DNA of 59,218 bases from a virus (Duplodnaviria; Caudoviricetes): positions 1-59,218 of IMG/VR virus record IMGVR_UViG_3300033067_001963; one strand, written 5' to 3'. The notes under the pieces are model-generated. The model searched no databases. It had not been told where the DNA came from and saw only the letters and a list, made by a program, of their open reading frames with translations. A program made the translations under genes and the position numbers. Positions 17,507-26,348 of the stretch are shown here, piece by piece. Every line of letters begins with the position of its first letter. The first letter of the stretch is position 1.

Positions 17507-18676
17507 ATGCCCAAGGTTAAGGTCCAGACAACCCGACCCGTGGACACGGAGACGCTGCGCACCCTGCAGACCAAGCTGGACAACCCCCTCGTCGCCGCCC
17601 GCCTGCGTTACATGCAAGCCGCCACGTTCGATAAGTACCTGGGCCCCCTCGCTGGGCGGGAGCGCTGCTACCCCAGCGTGCTGATGACGCAAGCCAGCGG
17701 CCGCTGGTCTGTCCAAGACCCCCCTCTCAACAACTTTGCCAAGGATGACGTTGCCCGGCGCCGCGGGCTGCCCGAGCTGCGCCGCGTCGTGACGCCCGAT
17801 CCTGGAACATACTGGCTGCACTGGGACTGGACAGCTATTGAGGCACTGCTGGTGGCCTACTTGAGTGGGGACACCGCGGACATCGAAGCCTTCGAGAAGG
17901 GCTGGGATGTGCACACCCTGACAGCGTGCAGCATCTATCGCCACCCGGAACCACCCGTGCGTACCAAGGCCGTGCACAAGGCGCCGTGTGCGTGTCCGGA
18001 CAGCAAACACACCATTCAGTGTCCGGACGCTTGGCGCACGAGCTGGGGGCCTACGTGGACCGGGGGCGACGATGTGCGCCGCTCCCTGGCCAAGACCTGT
18101 CGCTACGGACTCGCCTACGGGCCCAACATCAAGGACGTGATCCTGGAGGCGAAGGGTTTCGAGGAACTGGGCGTCACACGCGAGATGGCCCTCTCCGCCG
18201 CTGACGGCTATCTGACGGCCAAGCGGCACACGCTCGTGAAGTGGAAGGAGCGCACGTGGGCCGAGTGCGTGCGCACCAAGGAGTCCCGCACGTTCCTCGG
18301 GCGCCGTAGGAAGCTCTTCGGTGCCAAGAAGCAGAATGTGAATCCCAGGGACATCGCCCAGTGGGGCAGCTACGAGGTGGCCGTCAACAGCGAGCTGGCC
18401 AAGAAGGGGTTGAACCACCAGATCCAGGGTGCTGTGAGCCAGGTGATGGATCTCACGCTGCGCAAGATCTGGGAGCTCGTGCCCGAAGCTGAACTCGTGC
18501 ACCAGGCGCATGATGGCGCCAGCATCGAGCTGCCGGAGTGCGTGAGCGTGGAGAGCGTGCTGGAGCGCATACGGCCGCACGTGGAGGCTGACTGGGAGAT
18601 AGGGGGCAGGAAGATGCATTGGGCGGCGGAGTGGGAGGTTGTGCATGCGGATGGGTCGAAGGCGGGGGTGCACTGA
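17507..18676 (+). CDS. polA: DNA polymerase A, C-terminal polymerase domain
   Basis: QASGRWS..PPLNN, motif A DWTAIE, motif B RSLAKTCRYGLAYG, NHQIQG, motif C AHDG. Confidence 0.9.
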   Translation: MPKVKVQTTRPVDTETLRTLQTKLDNPLVAARLRYMQAATFDKYLGPLAGRERCYPSVLMTQASGRWSVQDPPLNNFAKDDVARRRGLPELRRVVTPDPGTYWLHWDWTAIEALLVAYLSGDTADIEAFEKGWDVHTLTACSIYRHPEPPVRTKAVHKAPCACPDSKHTIQCPDAWRTSWGPTWTGGDDVRRSLAKTCRYGLAYGPNIKDVILEAKGFEELGVTREMALSAADGYLTAKRHTLVKWKERTWAECVRTKESRTFLGRRRKLFGAKKQNVNPRDIAQWGSYEVAVNSELAKKGLNHQIQGAVSQVMDLTLRKIWELVPEAELVHQAHDGASIELPECVSVESVLERIRPHVEADWEIGGRKMHWAAEWEVVHADGSKAGVH

Positions 18677-19013
18677 TGACCCTCTCAGAGGCGGCCAAGC
18701 TCGGAATCTTGAGGGTGCGGCTGCCGGTGTGGGCGAACCCCGAGGACTACCTGCGTCAGGATATCCTCGTGCCACTGCGAACACCGGATGGTAATGAAAT
18801 CGCGGGGGGGGGGCACGGGGCCCGTGGGTCCACCTGTTCGCGCCCTACCAAGCGGCTATCGAAGCGAACACCCCGCAGACGGTCCTGGCGATGTACTTCG
18901 AGCAGGAGGGTCGCTTCCTGGAGTACACGGGGCCGATGAACCCAGTGGATAACGAGGGTCCCTTCTTTCGACAGAGCCGGACGATTTACAGGGAAGCTGC
19001 GAGGGAAAGATGA
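18676..19013 (+). pseudogene. Hypothetical gene frameshifted at or just after a G10 run
   Basis: The GC3-biased frame switches around G10 at 18804-18813 (…PDGNEIAGG / GPWVHLFAPYQAAIE…). Confidence 0.55.
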
Positions 19014-19164
19014 CAGACCGGAGTAAAATGAAACTTAAAAGCAAGAGGTACTGCGGCTGTTACCCCTTCTACTTTTGTGGGTACTGTCGGCAAGAAGATT
19101 ATGAGTGGTTCCTACGCTGGTCAGCGCTAGGCGGGCGACCACTGCGTCCGTACGGGTTCTGAGC

Positions 19165-19626
19165 ATGGGCACCACCAAGCTCACGATCGCCGTCACGCAC
19201 GCCGCCCTGCTGTCCCGGCCCGAGATGGCTGCGTTGCGGGAAGCTGGCTACGACGTGCTCCTGCTGTACGCCCCCGTGGACCTCGTGGTGGGCCCCAGCG
19301 CCTGGCACTTGACGGACGCGCACGTGAACGAGGGGCTGCTGGAGAAGGCTGTGGAGTGGGCGCTGGCAGCCAAGCGCAAGGCGGAGCGGGCCAAGCGGGC
19401 CGTGGAGCCCCAGCCAGCCAAGCCCAAGAAGACCAAGAAAGCGGGGGAGCCGGCTAGCACCGACGCCCCGCCAGCACGCGGCCGGAAGTCACGGCGTAAA
19501 AAAGCGGACGACCACGGGATCCTGGCGGGCCTGCAACTGGGCCTACTGGAAGCACGATCGGAAGACGCACATCTTGTGGCGCTGGGCACGGACAATGCCC
19601 CAGCATCCGTCGGGGCGGAGCCGTGA
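19165..19626 (+). CDS. Hypothetical protein with basic C-terminal region
   Basis: Good codon bias; DLVVGPSAWHL. Confidence 0.6.
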   Translation: MGTTKLTIAVTHAALLSRPEMAALREAGYDVLLLYAPVDLVVGPSAWHLTDAHVNEGLLEKAVEWALAAKRKAERAKRAVEPQPAKPKKTKKAGEPASTDAPPARGRKSRRKKADDHGILAGLQLGLLEARSEDAHLVALGTDNAPASVGAEP

Positions 19627-19701
19627 TGCCCGACGGCCGCGTGTGCTGTGTACCCGGCACGGGCCGCACCGTGCCACAATCCAAGTAGGAGGTTCTCCCA
19701 C

Positions 19702-20025
19702 ATGCCAGAGCTGGACGTTGAAACAAGAGCCGAGATAGCCAAGCTGTGTCACGCCGCCAGCAGCATCGCCCTGCGCCTCGCCACGCTGCCCCCGGATCTG
19801 TCCAACGAACTGAGCACGGTGCTGAACATCGGCATCAACCGGGTGCGCTTGCACTTCGGCCTGCCCACGGGCTGGAGCCCCGCTGCGGAGTGGGCCATCA
19901 TCGCTGCGCACGGGGACATCACCAGTGGGGGCAACCAAGACATGGTGGAGCCCGTGCCCCCCTCGGAGGCGCCCGACGCGTCCGCCGCCCACGGGACCAA
20001 GGCACGCCGGCGGTTGTTCCGGTGA
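19702..20025 (+). CDS. Hypothetical protein
   Basis: AGGAGG RBS, ATG at 19702. Confidence 0.6.
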   Translation: MPELDVETRAEIAKLCHAASSIALRLATLPPDLSNELSTVLNIGINRVRLHFGLPTGWSPAAEWAIIAAHGDITSGGNQDMVEPVPPSEAPDASAAHGTKARRRLFR

Positions 20026-20189
20026 GCGCCCGCCATGGAGCGCTGGGAGCGGACCGTGGAGATGATCCGGGCGTGCGCCCGACATCAGGGAGGGAGCCGG
20101 ATGCTGGTGGACGAAGTGAACCGGACGGAGGCGTACACGGAGGGCAACGAGCGGCTGCTGACGCCCAGCGACACGGGCGTGGATGGAGT

Positions 20190-20519
20190 CGTGCCCATTA
20201 CGCACTGGGATCACTCGGACTGGGCCTGATCCTGCTGGCCGGCACAGCCTGCTCCACGGGGGGGGCCAACTTCCAGCTGGACCGCATCCAGGCAGCGTAC
20301 CGCTACGGCGTCTGGAGCGAGCGCCTGCGTGCGTGGCACGGGCAGTGCGAGCTGACCAAGACGAAGACCGAGCTCGAGCGCGTCTTCTGCGTGGGCGTGG
20401 CCGATGCGCAGAAGGCGCTGGACGACGCGCGGCGGGAGGCGCTGGCCACCGACGCCGCCGGGGCCGCTCTGCAGGGCCGGCTGATGGAGCTGGGTCTGAA
20501 GGCGCTGGGGGGCATCTGA
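20190..20519 (+). CDS. Putative lipoprotein (start not resolved)
   Basis: LGLGLILLAGTAC followed by a helical domain in a GC3-rich frame; no clear start codon. Confidence 0.4.
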   Translation, partial: RAHYALGSLGLGLILLAGTACSTGGANFQLDRIQAAYRYGVWSERLRAWHGQCELTKTKTELERVFCVGVADAQKALDDARREALATDAAGAALQGRLMELGLKALGGI

Positions 20520-20520
20520 C

Positions 20521-21159
20521 GTGGATCCCGTCCGCCTAGCCATCGGAGTGCCCACCTCGGGCTCCGTGAACGCCAACTTCATGACCTCCCTGCTGGCGCT
20601 GATGGGTGCGGCCAGCGAGGTGTGCCAGGCTGCCAGCCTGATCCTGCAGCGCTCGAGCAGCATCCCCGAGAACCGGGAGGGCATCGCCAGCGACTTCCTG
20701 GCGGGTGACTACACGCACCTGATGTTCCTGGACGACGACATGCGCTTCCAGCCGGCGGTGCTCCCCCTGATGCTCAGCCGCCAGCTTCCCATCGTCACGA
20801 CCAACTACCTGGCCAAGAAGCTGCCCCTCGAGTTCATCACGCTGGGGCTGGACGGACAGCGCGTGCGCACCACGGCGGAGAGCGCGGGTGTCCAGGAGGT
20901 TCAGTACGCGGGCTTCGGCGTCTCCGTGATCGAGCGGGTCGTATTCGAGAAGACTGAGCGCCCCTGGTTCCAACCCGACTGGTTCCCGGACACGGGGCGG
21001 TACAGCACGGAGGATATGGCTTTCTTCCGCCGGGCGCGTGCCGCCGGCTTCCCCTGCTACGTGGACCACGACGCCAGCAAGCTCGTGGCACACATGGGCC
21101 TCTTCACGTGGCGTTGGGATATGGTGGATCCACTTCCACAGGAGGAGGTTGTTCCATGA
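20521..21159 (+). CDS. GT-A fold glycosyltransferase (family 2-like)
   Basis: LAIGVPT, HLMFLDDDM (DxD), GFGVSVIERVVF, TEDMAF, VAH. Confidence 0.85.
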   Translation: MDPVRLAIGVPTSGSVNANFMTSLLALMGAASEVCQAASLILQRSSSIPENREGIASDFLAGDYTHLMFLDDDMRFQPAVLPLMLSRQLPIVTTNYLAKKLPLEFITLGLDGQRVRTTAESAGVQEVQYAGFGVSVIERVVFEKTERPWFQPDWFPDTGRYSTEDMAFFRRARAAGFPCYVDHDASKLVAHMGLFTWRWDMVDPLPQEEVVP

Positions 21160-21326
21160 GCTTTCTCACCGGGTACCGCACTTACATCTGCGGCTTCCTA
21201 CTCGTCGTCGCCGCCGGTCTGCACGCCCTGGGTTACATCAGCGAGTCCGTCTACCGTACGCTGGAAGGGGTGCTGGTGGGCGGGGGCCTGGCCGCCCTCC
21301 GCGCCTCCAAGGACGAACGCCCGTAG
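21156..21326 (+). CDS. Small two-TM protein, holin-like
   Basis: MSFLTGYRTYI..., two hydrophobic helices, GGAGG RBS. Confidence 0.6.
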   Translation: MSFLTGYRTYICGFLLVVAAGLHALGYISESVYRTLEGVLVGGGLAALRASKDERP

Positions 21327-21638
21327 ATGGCCCGGCGGGCGCCCCGCCAGGAGGCACCACGAGCGTCTGTGAGCCCCGTGGAGACGCTCTCGCCCCCTGA
21401 CCCGTACCAGGATAGCCCCCGCTGGCAACGCGTCGCTCCACGCCTGTACTGGGACCTGCTAGCGGGGCGCCTGCGCCGGGCCCGGGCCGACGGGAGCCCC
21501 CCGCTGGATCCGCCCCGCCACCCGCCCCCCACAAGCCACTTTGTCACGGGCCTGATCCGCCACAAGCAGCGCCTAGCGTGGCGCCGCGCCCGCACCGCGC
21601 ACCGCAGTCAGTACAAGTCGCAACCCGGGAGGGGGTGA
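21327..21638 (+). CDS. Basic hypothetical protein
   Basis: Abuts both neighbouring genes. Confidence 0.4.
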   Translation: MARRAPRQEAPRASVSPVETLSPPDPYQDSPRWQRVAPRLYWDLLAGRLRRARADGSPPLDPPRHPPPTSHFVTGLIRHKQRLAWRRARTAHRSQYKSQPGRG

Positions 21639-21750
21639 TGCACGTGAAGGGGATGAAGAAGATGCCGCCCAAGATGCCAGCTGTTACCGGCGACAAGGGA
21701 CGGAAGGGGCCAGCAATGCCTCCCGTCAAGCCGCCCAAGCGGGGCGGGTA

Positions 21751-22110
21751 CTAGCCCTCGGGGGCAGGGGGGTCCACTGGGCCCCCCAACCTCCCTCCAG
21801 CGTATCGGTAAATCATCTCCTCCAGGGTGGCCAGCGCCGGATTCCACACCCGGACCCGCGGCCCCGGCATATCACGCTCCCTGATGTCCAGCTGCTGCAC
21901 ACCCTCCCGGGTCACGATGGCGCGTACGAAGGCATGCGCCCCTCCCCAGGTGAGGTCCACGGATCCCCACGTGCCCGCGCACACGTAGGGCACCGGGACA
22001 TCCGGGTTGAGCTGGGCGAGCAGGGACACCGCTGCCTTCTGGGCCACGGTGTCCACCGAGGTGAGGCGACCGATCTTCTTCCCCAGTGCTGCTCTAGCCA
22101 ACGGGTCCAT
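21751..22110 (-). CDS. Hypothetical protein
   Basis: GGAG RBS, MDPLARAAL start; last gene of the minus arm. Confidence 0.6.
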   Translation of the reverse strand: MDPLARAALGKKIGRLTSVDTVAQKAAVSLLAQLNPDVPVPYVCAGTWGSVDLTWGGAHAFVRAIVTREGVQQLDIRERDMPGPRVRVWNPALATLEEMIYRYAGGRLGGPVDPPAPEG

Positions 22111-23086
22111 CGCTCTCCGTCTCATCCTCCTTGCCCACCCGCAGCTTGATGCCCTGATCCTCCAGCTGCAGCAGCCAGCCCCGCACCGTGCGCGTGGGTA
22201 TCCCGAAGGTGGGCGCATCCACTTGCCGCTGCAGATGCCGGATCAACGCCGCCCGGCTGTTGAAAGCGGGCGCCCTCTCCACGTGCGGTGCCAGCAAGGT
22301 GAGCAGATCCCCGCCGTGGTCGGTGAACGTCATGCCATCCTCGCCCAGGTACACGCGCCACACGGGCTCGAGCGCACTCACCTGGCTCTTGTGGTGCACG
22401 ATGTTGAGGGCCCACGCCTTCCGCTCCTCCATCCAGCCCACCTTCACGATGCGTATGGCCGCGACAGCGTCATCCCTGAAGGCGAGGCTCCCCCGTGACG
22501 CCTCATCATGCGACCGCGGCTGCCACTCCCCCTTGTACCCGGGGGGCGGCGTCATGCCCTCCTTCACGTCGTGGTGCACGACCCAGATGCACGCCTTGGG
22601 ATACAGCTCCTGCAACTTCCCGTAGATGAGCGGGGGCACGCTGGCATTGTTACCATCCCGCCCGCCCATCACCTTGTTGAGCGTGTTCACCACCACTAGC
22701 TCGGGTTCATACTTCACCGAAGCGATGATCTCAGCGCCCCAGCGGCTCTCCCCGACCATAGCGAGATCGAAGGCCCCCGTCATGAGCATCAGGAAGCGAT
22801 CCCGTGCGGGGTACGGCGGCGGCAGGCTGGCCAGGCGGTGATGGATCATCAAGCGGGGCGTGTCGTTCTCGATGTACAGCACCCGGGCCCCCTTCGTCTG
22901 TACCTCCCGGCTGATGAAGGGTGTGCCCGTCGCTATCGACTTGGCCAGCTGGTACGTGAAGGGCGTCTTCCCCACGCCGCCCTTGCCGTGCAGTAGGACG
23001 ACGCCGCGCGTGGGCACGTAGGGCTTGAGCAGGAAGGCGGGTTCTTCAGGCGGGGTAGCGAGCAGGTCTGTGAGAGGGATCAACAT
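22094..23086 (-). CDS. RepA-like (AAA_25, SF4) helicase
   Basis: LLHGKGGVGKT, VLYIEND, VVVNTL, VVHHDVK, SRGS. Confidence 0.85.
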   Translation of the reverse strand: MLIPLTDLLATPPEEPAFLLKPYVPTRGVVLLHGKGGVGKTPFTYQLAKSIATGTPFISREVQTKGARVLYIENDTPRLMIHHRLASLPPPYPARDRFLMLMTGAFDLAMVGESRWGAEIIASVKYEPELVVVNTLNKVMGGRDGNNASVPPLIYGKLQELYPKACIWVVHHDVKEGMTPPPGYKGEWQPRSHDEASRGSLAFRDDAVAAIRIVKVGWMEERKAWALNIVHHKSQVSALEPVWRVYLGEDGMTFTDHGGDLLTLLAPHVERAPAFNSRAALIRHLQRQVDAPTFGIPTRTVRGWLLQLEDQGIKLRVGKEDETESDGPVG

Positions 23087-23309
23087 CTCAAGCACTTCCC
23101 TCGGGTTGTGGCCACTGAACGATGTACCGCCCACATGGGCACACCATATCGGGCCACTGAGTCTCGCAAACTTCTGGAGAGGGGGAGGGCCGGTCGTTCA
23201 GCCCTAGGTTTCGTGGGATGAGAGGCTCCCGAAAGAAGTGATGGTACCAACGGTTGTACGGATGGTGGGGGGACAGATCAATGAGGGGTGTTTTCACGAA
23301 CAACCTCCT

Positions 23310-23394
23310 GGGCGGGGTCAGCAGCGGGTTCCTACACCCTACCGCTGCTCCGCCCGGAAGGGGAGGGGCTACAACCCCTTGGGCTGCACCCCCC
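23310..23394 (-). terminator. Two GC-rich hairpins after the 23403 stop
   Basis: GGGCGG..AGCAGCGG/CCGCTGCTCCGCCC, plus a G-U-containing minus-strand stem at ~23365-23394; no clear U tract. Confidence 0.4.
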
Positions 23395-23402
23395 GCTGCA
23401 AC

Positions 23403-23753
23403 CTAGGCGTCGGGAACGCCGCTCACCGCATCCAGCCGGGCCACCTCCGTACGCACCGCCGTGACCTGCGCCTGCACCTGCTCCGTCAGGAGCTGCACCC
23501 GGGCTGCGTTGGCCGGCTCATCGGCGATCTGGACCAGCAGCTCGTCGATCCGGGTGAGCACTTGGCCCACCTCCCTGCTGACGCTCCCGATCGCTTCCAG
23601 CAAATCCGCCTGTGCCGTTTCCAGCTCCGTCAACCGCGCCGCTGTTTCACTCGCCATCTTTCGTACCTCCTTGAGGATGTCTGCTAGCTGGGCATCCGCC
23701 CGGGCCCGCCACTCTCTGAGCCACTCTACGAAGAAGCTGTCGCTTAGGGCCAT
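23403..23753 (-). CDS. Coiled-coil protein
   Basis: Heptad pattern throughout. Confidence 0.65.
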   Translation of the reverse strand: MALSDSFFVEWLREWRARADAQLADILKEVRKMASETAARLTELETAQADLLEAIGSVSREVGQVLTRIDELLVQIADEPANAARVQLLTEQVQAQVTAVRTEVARLDAVSGVPDA

Positions 23754-23767
23754 GGGTAGAGTCTACG

Positions 23768-24157
23768 CTACCCCGTCACCGTGACGGCCGTGCGCCACAC
23801 GCGTCGCCCGCCTCCGTGGTAGTTGGCGAGGAAGCCCTCGCCCACAACGGGCACGGTGGGGCGCACCGTCCCCGCGAACTTCCCCTCCCGCACCACGTAC
23901 CCCGTCCACCCGCACCCGGCCATCTTGCCCATGCACTGGATCACGGCCCCGTCCACCTGCAGCGTGTTCCCCTTGCGGCACTTGGGACACTCATCGGGTA
24001 CGGTGGACACCCAGTTCTTCTGCAAGCGGGCCAGCTCCGGGTCCAAGGCCTTGGGCGCCCGCTCCCTCGGCACATTGAGGCCTAGCTTCCAGCAGCGCTG
24101 GCACACACCATTGCGGAAGGCGAAGCGGGTGGGATGGCACTCGGATCTCTCTCTCAT
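23768..24157 (-). CDS. Zinc-binding protein
   Basis: ECH..CQRC, CPKC...C..GC. Confidence 0.6.
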   Translation of the reverse strand: MRERSECHPTRFAFRNGVCQRCWKLGLNVPRERAPKALDPELARLQKNWVSTVPDECPKCRKGNTLQVDGAVIQCMGKMAGCGWTGYVVREGKFAGTVRPTVPVVGEGFLANYHGGGRRVWRTAVTVTG

Positions 24158-24184
24158 TGTGACTACCCCCTGGTAGTGGTTGCC

Positions 24185-26344
24185 CTACGGCAGCGGTTCC
24201 TCCTCCCGCTGCTGTGAGCGCATATTCTCTATCAGACTGAGAAGGCCCCAGTCAACACCTGATCCAACACCCGGGGCCACAGTGTAGGGGAGCTGGCCGG
24301 GAGCGTGCGCATAGCGGGTGTACAGATTGGGGGCAAGGAACCGCCGACCCGCCACCGAGCCCAGTGTTGCCGCGCTGACACCGTAACCGGGAGCGAACCC
24401 GGCCCCGCCAGCAATGAGCCCGAGGAGCCCCGTTCCCAGTATGCGATCTTCCCACGGGGTGAACATCTCCCCAATGCTCTTATCCTTTCCCCCGAGCCCC
24501 AGCCCGAAGGTGGCCGCCTCTCCCATCTGCTCTAGCGGCTCCTCCCCGATGTAGCGACGGATTTCCTTCTGCGGCTTCACGGAGGCCAGCCGCTCCTGGA
24601 GAGCTTCGATCGAGGGCTGGTACCCAGTGGGCGTGTGAGCCGTCGCCGGGTTGTACGCCGACTCCAGCAGACCCTGCACGTTCTTGCCCATCTTGAACTC
24701 TTGCCGTGTCCGATCCCACAGATCCGTCAGCGGGTACTCGGTCATGGCAGGGCCCGCTGGGGGCTCCCCGCGCAACTGGACCTCGGGCCCGATGTACTCC
24801 CGAGTGGGCGGGCCCCCTGGCGCTGTCACATCCACCACGGGGGCCACTCCCGTCGGATCTTCCACGAAGGGACGGTCTGCCGGCTGGCGAGCTCGCAGGC
24901 GAACCTGTTGCTCTGGCCGTCCTACCACCTCGACCTGCGCGGGGCCTGTCGGCTGTCGCAGCGGCACGGCCTGCGGATTGAGCGGCGTCCCGGGAGTGGG
25001 GGGCACGACGCCGGCCGTTGGGAAGGGCTCCCCCATGGCTTCCCACGGGCGCTCCCCGCCGTGTGGTGCGGCGGGCATCTCCGCTGGCTGCTCGACGGCC
25101 CCCCTACGAGCCTCTGTGAGCTTCCGTGGTCTACCTGGAGGGCCGCCCGGGCGAACGGCGGGTAGATGCATGCCCCGCTCGATTACGTCGCCTGGCGGGG
25201 CTCCTGTGACCTCAGGGAGGGCAAGGGGCTGACGGGGGGGAGCGGGCGGTGCCGGCGCCCCCGCCTGGAAGGTCCGCTCCGCTGGAGCCGGCGGGAGAGC
25301 GAGCCCCCGGTTGGCTGGCTGGGACTGCGGGGTGACCCTGGCGACAGCCTGTGCCGCCGCCTGCTGCTCCGCCGTCTTGATCCCTGCCCGCGCCTCATTG
25401 ACCAACTGGCCATACAGCGCCTGCACCTTCCGCACGATGTCACTCTCCGGGGCCTGCTTGAAGACTGGGGAGGACCCAATCAGCTTGATGGCGTCGTTCA
25501 GCTCTCGGAGGGACACCTCGCCGGACTCTGGGACGATAACCCCCTCCGCCTGCATACCCGCTACCTTCCGGGGATTGCGCAGGAAGGCTTGCACGTCGGG
25601 ATCCGCCAGCGTGGGCACCGAGATCCGAGTTCCCCCGAGTCCGCGCTCCACAGCCCCCATCCCCGTTTGCCAGCCCCGTCCAAGCGCCTCCGTGGCCGTA
25701 GCCCCGCCAACGCCTACATCCGTCGCCTGCATCATCTCCTTGCTGGTACGGAACTTGGGCAGCGTGGGCGCCACCTCGCCGGCCGTACGCCCGATCCGCT
25801 CGATGGCTTTCTCCGCCATGCGGCGGGCTCCACCGGGTCCGTAGCGCATGAAGCCGGAGGCAGCCGCTCCCACGCCCTCTCCCAGGACGCCACCTAGTGC
25901 GCCCTGTGCCGCGCCCGCCAATACCCCCTCGTTGGTAAAGGTCCCACCGCCGGCTGCCGCCGCCGTCTGGGCCGCAATCCGCCGTGGGGCCGTGCGCACG
26001 AGGGCCGCTATGCCCCGCCCCGCCGCCGGGAGCACACGCCCCACAGCTGCCCCCGCTGGCCCCATGAACATGAGGGGGAGCGTGGCGGCCTCCACGGGCG
26101 AGGTGGGGCTGGGGGTGAAAATGTCGAGGGCGCTCCGCATCAGCCCTGGACCCTGCGGGGTGACGAACTCATTGACCCCTCGACGCGCCGCCGCCATCCT
26201 GCTCCAGAAGGTGGGCGCGGTAGAGGCTGGAGTGGGGCCTACGCCCGCGGCAGCCCGATCCAGCTCTTCATCGCTGACCTGCCGGTACGCAGCCGCCGCC
26301 TGGTCCAACTCTGCATCACTGACCTGCTTGTACGCTGGGGGCAT
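24185..26344 (-). CDS. Putative internal virion/ejection protein
   Basis: Large and Ala/Gly-rich with hydrophobic glycine-zipper segments; lies after the tail genes. Confidence 0.65.
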   Translation of the reverse strand: MPPAYKQVSDAELDQAAAAYRQVSDEELDRAAAGVGPTPASTAPTFWSRMAAARRGVNEFVTPQGPGLMRSALDIFTPSPTSPVEAATLPLMFMGPAGAAVGRVLPAAGRGIAALVRTAPRRIAAQTAAAAGGGTFTNEGVLAGAAQGALGGVLGEGVGAAASGFMRYGPGGARRMAEKAIERIGRTAGEVAPTLPKFRTSKEMMQATDVGVGGATATEALGRGWQTGMGAVERGLGGTRISVPTLADPDVQAFLRNPRKVAGMQAEGVIVPESGEVSLRELNDAIKLIGSSPVFKQAPESDIVRKVQALYGQLVNEARAGIKTAEQQAAAQAVARVTPQSQPANRGLALPPAPAERTFQAGAPAPPAPPRQPLALPEVTGAPPGDVIERGMHLPAVRPGGPPGRPRKLTEARRGAVEQPAEMPAAPHGGERPWEAMGEPFPTAGVVPPTPGTPLNPQAVPLRQPTGPAQVEVVGRPEQQVRLRARQPADRPFVEDPTGVAPVVDVTAPGGPPTREYIGPEVQLRGEPPAGPAMTEYPLTDLWDRTRQEFKMGKNVQGLLESAYNPATAHTPTGYQPSIEALQERLASVKPQKEIRRYIGEEPLEQMGEAATFGLGLGGKDKSIGEMFTPWEDRILGTGLLGLIAGGAGFAPGYGVSAATLGSVAGRRFLAPNLYTRYAHAPGQLPYTVAPGVGSGVDWGLLSLIENMRSQQREEEPLP

Positions 26345-26348
26345 CTCG

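Noticed and set aside
23300-23400. tRNA gene
   Set aside because: Hairpins are present but there is no cloverleaf or TTC T-loop
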